From a virus, in IMG/VR virus record IMGVR_UViG_3300049215_000686, positions 32,001 through 96,000 of that record: a stretch of 64,000 nt of DNA. The stretch is one strand, 5' to 3'. This document shows positions 56,063 through 64,000 of this stretch, one piece after another. Each line of letters opens with the position of its first letter. Position 1 is the stretch's first letter. The translations under genes and the position numbers were made by a program. The notes under the pieces were generated by a model. It saw nothing but the letters and a program-made list of their open reading frames with translations. It was not told where the DNA came from and ran no database searches.

Positions 56063-56540
56063 GCACTTCCACCTGATATTGAGGCGGCAAATATTCTTTT
56101 GCCAAAACCTTAATATTTTCTTCTATCCCGTAAGGAGCCCCGGCCTTCGCCAATGCCAAAAAGGCCGCCTTTTTTAATGTGGGGTTTTTGATCGTTTGCT
56201 GAACCTTATTTAAGGCTTTCCATTTAAGAAGGGCGCCTGGTTCTAATTTTATTTTATAGGTTACTTTAGGATTCTTGCCGTTATTAGCATCATCGCGATC
56301 AATCTCAAGAACGACGCCTTTGTGATAAACGCCTTTTTGGGAGTATGCATAAAGAAGAAGCGTATCAATCGCGCTTTCTGGGATGACTCCGGCACTGACC
56401 AGCCATTGTTCGGCCAACCATTGCTGAGAAGTCTCATTCAAAAATAAGGCTTCCTGCGGAGACAATAAGTCGCTCGACTGGCGTTCTCCATTTCTTTCCT
56501 TGTATAAAGGATTCAAGTTTTTCACGTTTTGTCTTTCCAT
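56049..56540 (-). CDS. hypothetical protein
   Basis: 163-aa ORF; start uncertain. Confidence 0.55.
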   Translation of the reverse strand: MERQNVKNLNPLYKERNGERQSSDLLSPQEALFLNETSQQWLAEQWLVSAGVIPESAIDTLLLYAYSQKGVYHKGVVLEIDRDDANNGKNPKVTYKIKLEPGALLKWKALNKVQQTIKNPTLKKAAFLALAKAGAPYGIEENIKVLAKEYLPPQYQVEVHVIE

Positions 56541-57444
56541 GATTTCCTGGGATATTCACTGCGCCTCTTTCCGGTATCAGCGCATCCACTACCCGTCTTG
56601 ACCCAGAACGGAGAGCCTTGGCTTTCGGAGTCTTCCAAAATTCGGCGATCTCCATCGGAGTCCCTCGGCCCATGATTTTATAAGAACTCTTAGGATTGGG
56701 ATTCGGCAAAGCCTCAAGTAAGGAATCCACGAGCGGTTTGGAAATGTCTTGAGGCTGAATCACCTCAAATCGAGGCATGTCCAAATCATGCTCCTTAATT
56801 AAGGTGTATCCTGTTTGGCTTAAATGGATCGTAAATACCCGCTTTTCTTGACCCGCTTCACCAAAACTGTGCTGAAAAGGCGTACCAGGATACCAAACAT
56901 TTTGAATTTGCTGACGCTTATGAACATGACCCGAGATCACAGCCCCCAAATGGGCAACGCATCCAGGATCAACTCCATGGGGATCAAAATACCCATTTTC
57001 AAAAGTCGCCCCTGTAAATGATTGATGACAGAAAAGAACAGACTGCTTCGGTAAAGACCGACAAGCCAATTCAAATTCCTTACTATCTCTAAAAAAAGGA
57101 AGAAAATAGACTCCAGCGAAACAAGAGGGAATTTTACTATCCACAACTTGAATCTTTCCTTTAAAGACCTCAAGGGCATGACTTCCGCCGCTTTGACCTG
57201 CAAAATCATGATTACCGACAAGCGTGATCACTTGGGTTTTGTTGTGAACATGTTGGAAAAACTCATTCCAAAGGCTTAAAATCTCACTCCTCACCACTGC
57301 AAACGTATGAAAGAGATCTCCAAGTAAAATCAGCGTTTCATGCTGAATCGACAAATCGTATAACCGCTCAATGAACTTTCTTCCGTCATCAATGCGCTGG
57401 ATTTGAAGATGGGGATCTCCAACGATTAAACTCTTAAGTCCCAT
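56434..57444 (-). CDS. sbcD: SbcD/Mre11-like nuclease
   Basis: GDPH, LGDLFH, VGNHD, CHQ, SGHVH, YPGTP. Confidence 0.88.
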   Translation of the reverse strand: MGLKSLIVGDPHLQIQRIDDGRKFIERLYDLSIQHETLILLGDLFHTFAVVRSEILSLWNEFFQHVHNKTQVITLVGNHDFAGQSGGSHALEVFKGKIQVVDSKIPSCFAGVYFLPFFRDSKEFELACRSLPKQSVLFCHQSFTGATFENGYFDPHGVDPGCVAHLGAVISGHVHKRQQIQNVWYPGTPFQHSFGEAGQEKRVFTIHLSQTGYTLIKEHDLDMPRFEVIQPQDISKPLVDSLLEALPNPNPKSSYKIMGRGTPMEIAEFWKTPKAKALRSGSRRVVDALIPERGAVNIPGNHGKTKREKLESFIQGKKWRTPVERLIVSAGSLIFE

Positions 57445-58303
57445 TGGCGTCGTCTACCAATTCGATCCCATCCGAAGTGATCTTCAAAAAGAAATCTTTA
57501 CGGCCAGGGTTCATTTTATCAATATGGTTCTTGAATAACTGCCACTTTACGATCGCGCCCTTCCTGACCTTCTCTCCATCAACAGTTTTTTCTAACCACT
57601 TCACACGACTCGTTTGATAAGTAAGTGAAGAAAATAAGTTGACCGCCTTTCCTCCGGCATTCGTTTTCCCATGAGACCCGATATTATCATAAGTGTAATT
57701 CACGATCAAAAAAGCGATGTTTCCTTCGTCTCTTTTAATGACCATTTTATTCAAGCCCAGGCGATTAATCTTCCCCTTACTTCCAGGCTGCTGAGAATGG
57801 GTCACCATATTCATCTCGGCATCATGCAACCCAACCGTATTTCCAATTGAGTCAAAAACGACCAACAATTTACCATCGGGATTGAGTCCTTGTGCGGCAT
57901 CAATCGTCTGAAACATGGCCTCAAAAGCATATTCGGCTCGCCCATCCTTAATCAGACAAATCTGAGTAGGATCTACTCCCCATTCTTGAAGATCATGAGT
58001 CGTCGTCTTTCCTTCGGTCTCAACGTAAATAATTCCATAACCCTGAGACTGTGCTGCTTTCATAGCGACAATGGCTGCGGAAGTTTTACCTGAATCAGAA
58101 TCTCCGGCAATCATCGTGATCCTCCCAAGATAAATCCCACGAGTATTAGTCGCCGCTTGCCACCATTCCGGCATTTCAATACATTCACCCGACTTTGGGT
58201 CAGGAAGATCCGATCCAATTCCGATACATTTAGCCAAATCCGGGTCCGTTTTACTCAGTTTCTTTTTGAGCGTTTCTGCTATTTCAGCCATGTTAAATGC
58301 CAT
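57434..58303 (-). CDS. recA: RecA/UvsX-like recombinase
   Basis: GDSDSGKT, YVETE, VFDSIG, AGGKA, KNH. Confidence 0.82.
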   Translation of the reverse strand: MAFNMAEIAETLKKKLSKTDPDLAKCIGIGSDLPDPKSGECIEMPEWWQAATNTRGIYLGRITMIAGDSDSGKTSAAIVAMKAAQSQGYGIIYVETEGKTTTHDLQEWGVDPTQICLIKDGRAEYAFEAMFQTIDAAQGLNPDGKLLVVFDSIGNTVGLHDAEMNMVTHSQQPGSKGKINRLGLNKMVIKRDEGNIAFLIVNYTYDNIGSHGKTNAGGKAVNLFSSLTYQTSRVKWLEKTVDGEKVRKGAIVKWQLFKNHIDKMNPGRKDFFLKITSDGIELVDDANGT

Positions 58304-58706
58304 TGCTACGAATCTCCTTTTGAATCTGAGAGTAAATTTGTCGGTATAAAATGTGAGCGTTATTAAAAATGTCGTAATGCTGTCTTAAAAAATCGATATC
58401 GTTCTGAAGTTCTGCCGCCTTCTTTGTCGCTAAAACATATTCAGGATCGGCTTCGGCAATGACCTTTCGTTCAGTGATGTTCTTCCCTTCAGCCCGAATA
58501 ATAGCCAATTTATAAGCCGTACTTTGCTCGGCAACCGCACCGACATGCTGATTTGAGAATAGATGCCGCATATGGGCCACATAGGAGCATGCCCGGAGAA
58601 ACTCAATAGCCCGGAACTCTGCCTCATCCGGGGTGACCATCTTCTTTTCTTCAGATATTTGAAGAAGATCAATGAAACGAGAAAGTGTTTCGCGAAGATC
58701 CGCCAT
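58293..58706 (-). CDS. helical protein, possibly UvsY-like
   Basis: ERKVIAEADPEY motif; next to RecA-like and SSB-like genes. Confidence 0.4.
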   Translation of the reverse strand: MADLRETLSRFIDLLQISEEKKMVTPDEAEFRAIEFLRACSYVAHMRHLFSNQHVGAVAEQSTAYKLAIIRAEGKNITERKVIAEADPEYVLATKKAAELQNDIDFLRQHYDIFNNAHILYRQIYSQIQKEIRSNGI

Positions 58707-58780
58707 AATCGGGTTCCAATAAGAGTTGATTTAGAAAGAGGCCGACCCATAAAGAGCCGGCCCAATTCAGGGAGTCGATC

Positions 58781-59653
58781 TTAGACGTTTGTTGCCTTAA
58801 GAAGATTCAAACGATCAATTTCAGACTGGATGTCACCCACCTTATTAGAAACAGCCGGCGCTTTTGCAGGCTGCTCGGCAGATTCCCCACCATTTAGCAT
58901 CTTCTTTAATTCAATTGCGGTTACAGGATCATGTGCAGTATGAATATCCTGCATGAGGCTTCCATATTGGACCTCGCCAGAATTCTTCAACTCTTCTCGG
59001 ATTTGAGCCAAAAGTTCCGGAGGGAGCGGCGAACGATCGGGTTTATCCGCAACACTTCCATCTTCCAAAGTGACCGAAGTTTTCTTGAAATCAACCGAAT
59101 ATTCGGTATCAAACATCTTGCCAGTCCGAGTAAATTCAAACCAAACGCCACTTTCAAGAGAAACCGGATCAAAAGCGCCCACCTTGCGACGACAAGCCTC
59201 TAGGATCTTCTTCGCCAAGGCATCATGGGCAGTTTTACCAAGTTCAAGCATCACAACTCGACCATCTGAAGTCACGGCATTGTAGAGCCAGAAACGACGG
59301 GCGCGAAACTTTGAAATATATTCCTTGAGTTCTTTTGCTGAAGAATCATTCCCATTAGCCTCAGCACGCTTCAATTCATCCTCAGCCTGTCTGACTTGAG
59401 CACAAACCGGGCAAAAACCCTCATGTGGATAGGAACAGCCAACGCTTCTCTCTTTTCCATTGTTCCCAATAAATCCCCAATGCATGGTGTACTTATGAAA
59501 CAAAGATCCACCATGATTCGTTCCAAAGGGAGGGAGAATTCGGTAACAGGAAACCCCGTCCTTAATCCTCTCTCGGCGTCTTACAAAATTACCGGAAGAA
59601 TTCTCGATACCATCGATATTAAAACTCAAATTTAAGTTATTTAAATCACTCAT
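58781..59653 (-). CDS. gp32-like single-stranded DNA-binding protein
   Basis: YRILPP...HW...C......CPVC...YNA...FDP...G...TEY. Confidence 0.72.
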   Translation of the reverse strand: MSDLNNLNLSFNIDGIENSSGNFVRRRERIKDGVSCYRILPPFGTNHGGSLFHKYTMHWGFIGNNGKERSVGCSYPHEGFCPVCAQVRQAEDELKRAEANGNDSSAKELKEYISKFRARRFWLYNAVTSDGRVVMLELGKTAHDALAKKILEACRRKVGAFDPVSLESGVWFEFTRTGKMFDTEYSVDFKKTSVTLEDGSVADKPDRSPLPPELLAQIREELKNSGEVQYGSLMQDIHTAHDPVTAIELKKMLNGGESAEQPAKAPAVSNKVGDIQSEIDRLNLLKATNV

Positions 59654-60260
59654 TTACTTGTCTCCTCATCTCTATTTGGTTAGTTTTTTCCATGATTGCT
59701 TTGGCCACCTTCTTGATAGCCCCTGCACTTGAATTGGGTTTTAGAAAATAATCGGACTTCACTTTATCCGGATCTTCACCCACAAATATTGTGACGAACT
59801 GTTTTCCTAACAGTCGCTTAAGTTCTAAAATTTCATTGGCACCAACATTGGTGACAATATGAATTCCATCCTTTTGATCTTCGAAATACGAAACCAATTG
59901 ATCAAGAAGCCAATATTCACCAAAGGACTGAACTCCCACATAATAAATGAAAAAATAAATAGCCTCTGCTGGCGTGCCCAATACCTTTCCTACAAAGTTC
60001 TGAACGGGGCGAATGCCTAAACTCAGTTTTGAGAAGAAGTGCCTCACATGCGAATCATTCACAACGAGAGGGGTTTTAAAGGGATGATCAAGTGATCTTC
60101 CAATTGACTTAGACAATGCGTCCAAAACCAATTGCTCAATAGGGAAAATAGACGCGGCATGAGGAGTGAGGCCAGAAATTATCCCCTGAATCTGTTCTTG
60201 CTCCAAACTGTGGTCATAAGCGACGGCAACCAATTTTTTTATATTAGCCGGTTTTTTCAC
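59646..60260 (-). CDS. hypothetical protein (degenerate dNMP-kinase-like)
   Basis: VG....GEYW.......IVTNV resembles the kinase C-terminal half, but no P-loop. Confidence 0.4.
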   Translation of the reverse strand: MKKPANIKKLVAVAYDHSLEQEQIQGIISGLTPHAASIFPIEQLVLDALSKSIGRSLDHPFKTPLVVNDSHVRHFFSKLSLGIRPVQNFVGKVLGTPAEAIYFFIYYVGVQSFGEYWLLDQLVSYFEDQKDGIHIVTNVGANEILELKRLLGKQFVTIFVGEDPDKVKSDYFLKPNSSAGAIKKVAKAIMEKTNQIEMRRQVNE

Positions 60261-60660
60261 GAGAGATCTCCTTGCTGCAATTTAGATAAACTTCCGTTTG
60301 TGTCTCAATAAACTTAGGAAAATCAATTCGACTACGGTCTAAAATGATGACGGAAACACCAATTTGAATTCGGTCCCCATCTTCATTGTTTTGAAAAACC
60401 GGCTTATCTAAGCGATCTTCTTTTTCAAGAATATAAGCCAATTGATGCGCCAATATTTTGGCTGAGGCTTGTTCTTCCATTCTTGCATCCCGCGCGGTCT
60501 CACAAATCATCCGCCTCTCAAGCAAAAACATGTAATCCATATTGCCATTCACCGGCAAATTGACATGAACACCCGAAATCACGTATCCATTCTTCAATTC
60601 CGAATGAAAGATGGATCTCTCCACCAAACGAAGTAACTCATTAAAACGATTTTGGTCCAT
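60244..60660 (-). CDS. hypothetical protein
   Basis: 138-aa ORF. Confidence 0.55.
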   Translation of the reverse strand: MDQNRFNELLRLVERSIFHSELKNGYVISGVHVNLPVNGNMDYMFLLERRMICETARDARMEEQASAKILAHQLAYILEKEDRLDKPVFQNNEDGDRIQIGVSVIILDRSRIDFPKFIETQTEVYLNCSKEISREKTG

Positions 60661-60672
60661 TGATGTCGCCCT

Positions 60673-63600
60673 TCAAAATTGATTGATTGCCTGGACCGAT
60701 AAAGACCACTTTCCAGGTTCTCGGCTTTCTCTTAATATACCTTTTACGAAAATTATCTTTCCGTCCTTAGGCGCCCCAATTTTGGCGTACAAATCAGGCC
60801 AGAGTATGCATTCCAGGGAATCCCCGTCATTAACGATCTGACATCGAAGGGCAGTTACTTGCTGGTTGGTTTTTTTGTCCTTATACCTAAATTCTTCGTG
60901 CTTCTGGACAAGACCAACCCATCCCACTTGAGGAGTCTTTAGTGTGGGAATTTGTCTTAAATTCCGAATTACACGAATTGTTTCATTATTAATCCGGCCC
61001 GAAATTCTTCCCGTGTCATCATAAAGGAAGTATTTCTTCATCAATAAATCTTTAAAATAGTCGTGAACATCCATCCGATAAATGGGGAGGAGTTGTAGTC
61101 TTAAAATCTCAAGTTCGACATCGTCCGAATAAAGAATCGGGACATCGACCTTCTTCCCCGATTTGAGATAGGCCTCAACCGCTGCAAAAAGTTCTTGTCC
61201 CCTTTTTCCACGACCGATCTTCAAATCTTCTACGCGCCTAAACGCATGATAGAGCCACAATAGTTCTTTGGGTTTAGCAGTCGCGATCGGATCAAAGGCG
61301 CCACATAAGACAAGAGCATGCATGATCTTTTGATCCACGGCTTGTTTATCGATTCGGTCATAGAAATCTTGAAAACTCTTAAAATCGCCGCCCGCCTGTC
61401 TGGCATTTCGAATACTTTGACATGCCGAATCACCAATGCCGTCAATCAAATAAAGGGGCGCATGAACTTTCCCATCTCGCAATTCGAAGGTATCCGTTGG
61501 GCCATTAACGTGAGGCAAAACAAGCAAGTCCTTAATCGCGTAAGCGTAGCCTTTGTCTCGAATATCATCGGTCTTTGCGTTTTGAAGAACAGCCGTCCAC
61601 CACTCCAGGGGATAGTAATGCTTCAGGAACATGCATTGATACGCAACAGTTGCATAACTAGCGGAGTGCGCTTTATTGAAAGAATAACTTGCCGACGCAA
61701 CGCACAAATCGATTAAAACTTTAATCTGCGCTTCCGTCCAATTTCGCTCATGAAGGCGCTTGCGGATCTCTGGAAGAGTTTTTTCCATGTCCTGCTTTTT
61801 CTTTTTTGCAATCAGTTCTCTGATTTGATCGGCTTCTTCGGGAGAATAGCCCGCGAGGTCTGAGAAAATTTGTTGGAGTTGCTCCTGATAGACCGCAACC
61901 CCATAGGTCTCTTTTAAAATGGGCTCAAGGCCAGGATGGACATAACTCTCGCCTAATTTGCCATCACGACGAGCGATGAACGCTTCCGTCATGGTATAAG
62001 AGCCTTCTTCCGGATTAGGGATGCCAGTATCAGCCGTCAAGGGTCCAGGTCGCACTAAGGCGACAATCGCGCTCAAATCTTTAAGAGAGCGCGGACGAAT
62101 TCGTTTACAGAATGCGGTAAGAAGAGGAGTATTCATTTGAAAAACAGTTTCAGTTTTGCCTAAATCAAAATCTTTAAAAACGGCTTCTTCTGCGGGTAAT
62201 TGATAAATATCGAGGATTTTTCCATCCGGCATTGGAACCTGGTCAACACCCAGGTCACCTTGCCAAATATCAAAACTCTCCGATTGGATCGTTATTTTGT
62301 CGCGATTTACTTTATAGCCTAAACGTTTTTGTACGAGGCGAACACACGCCGAAATATCCGAAAGAGTATTTACTCTGAGAAAATCGAATTTGATTAAACC
62401 AGCCTTCTCGCTCGGAACCGCCGTGTATTGAGTAACAATATTACCGCCGATATTGCAGGTCGGAACCGATTCCCAAATCGGACGATCTGAAATAAAAAAA
62501 GCCGACGCATGCCTCCCAACGCTTCGCGGTATCCCCAACAATTTCAGGACCATGCGGAATACATCGTCATATTCCTGAAAGAACTTTTTCAGCACTGGAT
62601 TTTGATCAAGATGTCCTTGATGGATATGCCCTTCGGCATCGGTATATCCCACCAAAAAATCCTCATCAGCAACACCAGTCGGTGTATTGGGGATGGTTTT
62701 GGTTACTGCATCAACTTTAGGATCTTGAGAATTCATTCCCAAAAGGACGCGGCAAGCGTCCTTAATCGCTGACTTAATCTTCAGCGTTCCATGAGTTGAA
62801 CATTGAGCGAATTGATTACCATAAGTTTCCGAAAGTTTTGCGATCAAAAGATCTCGTTGACCCAAATCCCAATCAATATCTGGGAACTTCCCGCGTTTTA
62901 ACCTTCCCATTGACAGAAACCGCTCAAAGGGCAGGTTTAGATCAAAAGGATTAAGATGCGTAATTTTCAATAAATAACATAACAAACTGCCAGCCCCAGA
63001 CCCGCGACCGGGAGCAGATAAAATAGAGTGATCACGAGTCCACCGACCCCAAAACTCCAAGAACAAAAAGTACCGAGAGAAATCAATAATCCCATTATCG
63101 CAGATAATCGTAATTTCTTTAGACAGCCGGCCAACATATTTCGGATCATTCCAATCCATCCTTCCGTTCTCTTGAACTCTTTTCATCAAAAGAACTTTAA
63201 ATTTATCAGCATCAGGAATCTGTGCAGTCTCAATCTCTACAGGCAAAGAGATTTCAGGCTGCTTAAATTCGTCCTGGATTTGAAATCCCTTAGCCCGATC
63301 GGCGATTTCATGGTTGGATTGAACCGCCTCTAAAAAAAGAGACGACTCTTTCTTGCCGCTCCCAATGTGTTTTGACCAGTGTTCCCATGCTTCTTGGGTC
63401 GTCATCATGTGGTAAGAATTATAAAACCTCCAACCATCGGGATCTCCGTTTTGTAAAAGAACGTCTTGAACCGCCTTTTGCTCTGGAGAAACAAAATGAG
63501 AATCAATTGTCAACAAAAGAGGAAGATGATACTTTGCAGCAAAATCAATATTGCGAAGATTGCATGCCTTTTGAAGGTCTCCTTCAGGAGAAAAATCAGT

Positions 63601-63999
63601 GCATTCATTCTGGATAAACTTTTTCAATTTTCGGTCATAATTATGAGTTACACAATGCGGCATGACCTCTAAATAAAAGCGCCCCTTAAATACATCGAGC
63701 AATTTAATAAGGTTTTGCTCCGCGCCATCATATTCACCTTGTAAAAGAGATTTATTAATTGCGCCGATCAGGCACCCAGAACCCAGAACCAATCCTTCAT
63801 GATACTGAAACAATTCATTAAAAGTGATTCTCGGTTTTTCCGATCCAACCTTTTTAACAACTCGTTTTGACCCATCCGGAAGTTTTTCATCAAAAGAAAT
63901 TGAGCCCAAACGAAGAAGATTTCGATATCCCACGTCATTCGTCGCCCACGCAGTGATATGGTAATAATCGTAAGGTTTGCCTACAAATTGGTAATTCTT
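60673..63999 (-). CDS. dnaE: DNA polymerase III alpha subunit, 5' end beyond the window
   Basis: PHP remnant (GSGCL.G, DSHF), PGRGSGAGS, FERF, PDIDWD, GRHAS, KFDFL, RPGP, YQEQ, SFNKAHS; frame stays open to the window edge. Confidence 0.95.
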   Translation of the reverse strand, partial: KNYQFVGKPYDYYHITAWATNDVGYRNLLRLGSISFDEKLPDGSKRVVKKVGSEKPRITFNELFQYHEGLVLGSGCLIGAINKSLLQGEYDGAEQNLIKLLDVFKGRFYLEVMPHCVTHNYDRKLKKFIQNECTDFSPEGDLQKACNLRNIDFAAKYHLPLLLTIDSHFVSPEQKAVQDVLLQNGDPDGWRFYNSYHMMTTQEAWEHWSKHIGSGKKESSLFLEAVQSNHEIADRAKGFQIQDEFKQPEISLPVEIETAQIPDADKFKVLLMKRVQENGRMDWNDPKYVGRLSKEITIICDNGIIDFSRYFLFLEFWGRWTRDHSILSAPGRGSGAGSLLCYLLKITHLNPFDLNLPFERFLSMGRLKRGKFPDIDWDLGQRDLLIAKLSETYGNQFAQCSTHGTLKIKSAIKDACRVLLGMNSQDPKVDAVTKTIPNTPTGVADEDFLVGYTDAEGHIHQGHLDQNPVLKKFFQEYDDVFRMVLKLLGIPRSVGRHASAFFISDRPIWESVPTCNIGGNIVTQYTAVPSEKAGLIKFDFLRVNTLSDISACVRLVQKRLGYKVNRDKITIQSESFDIWQGDLGVDQVPMPDGKILDIYQLPAEEAVFKDFDLGKTETVFQMNTPLLTAFCKRIRPRSLKDLSAIVALVRPGPLTADTGIPNPEEGSYTMTEAFIARRDGKLGESYVHPGLEPILKETYGVAVYQEQLQQIFSDLAGYSPEEADQIRELIAKKKKQDMEKTLPEIRKRLHERNWTEAQIKVLIDLCVASASYSFNKAHSASYATVAYQCMFLKHYYPLEWWTAVLQNAKTDDIRDKGYAYAIKDLLVLPHVNGPTDTFELRDGKVHAPLYLIDGIGDSACQSIRNARQAGGDFKSFQDFYDRIDKQAVDQKIMHALVLCGAFDPIATAKPKELLWLYHAFRRVEDLKIGRGKRGQELFAAVEAYLKSGKKVDVPILYSDDVELEILRLQLLPIYRMDVHDYFKDLLMKKYFLYDDTGRISGRINNETIRVIRNLRQIPTLKTPQVGWVGLVQKHEEFRYKDKKTNQQVTALRCQIVNDGDSLECILWPDLYAKIGAPKDGKIIFVKGILRESREPGKWSLSVQAINQF

Positions 64000-64000
64000 T

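Noticed and set aside
1-64000. CRISPR array, DGR template/variable repeats, integrase or att site
   Set aside because: No regularly spaced nucleotide repeats, reverse transcriptase or integrase recognised by eye; the mCpol domain has no cas neighbours

Overview
A 64-kb segment of a large contractile-tailed (myovirus-like) phage or prophage, with most genes on the - strand. From right to left it carries a replication/recombination block (DnaE, SSB-like, RecA-like, SbcD), packaging and head genes (terminase, RuvC-like resolvase, portal, MuF-like, prohead protease, scaffold, major capsid), and two + strand insertions (a homing-endonuclease-like gene and an Ig-repeat lipoprotein). These are followed by a tmRNA and 13 tRNA genes, a candidate lysis cassette, a helicase and SbcC, an IS3-family element, tail fibre, neck, three tube-like paralogues, sheath, a decaying + strand cluster and a partial AAA+ ATPase; one more tRNA (CAT) sits in the structural region. 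The most striking observation is that the tRNA array is split into two operons, each preceded by a promoter, a short leader peptide, an antiterminator and an intrinsic terminator. Each leader is built almost entirely from codons for the amino acids whose tRNAs lie downstream: MNKNYFAYNFKNNATNW... precedes tRNA-Asn/Lys/Lys/Tyr/Ala/Phe/Trp, and MSKFITNTITGTGTDGDT... precedes tRNA-Asp/Gly/Gly/Thr/Thr/Thr. This looks like ribosome-mediated attenuation that switches on phage tRNAs when the matching host tRNAs fail. Other leads are an mCpol-like nucleotide cyclase and a SAM-lyase-like polyprotein among probable internal head proteins, and several non-canonical tRNAs. All product calls come from motif recognition by eye; no searches were run.
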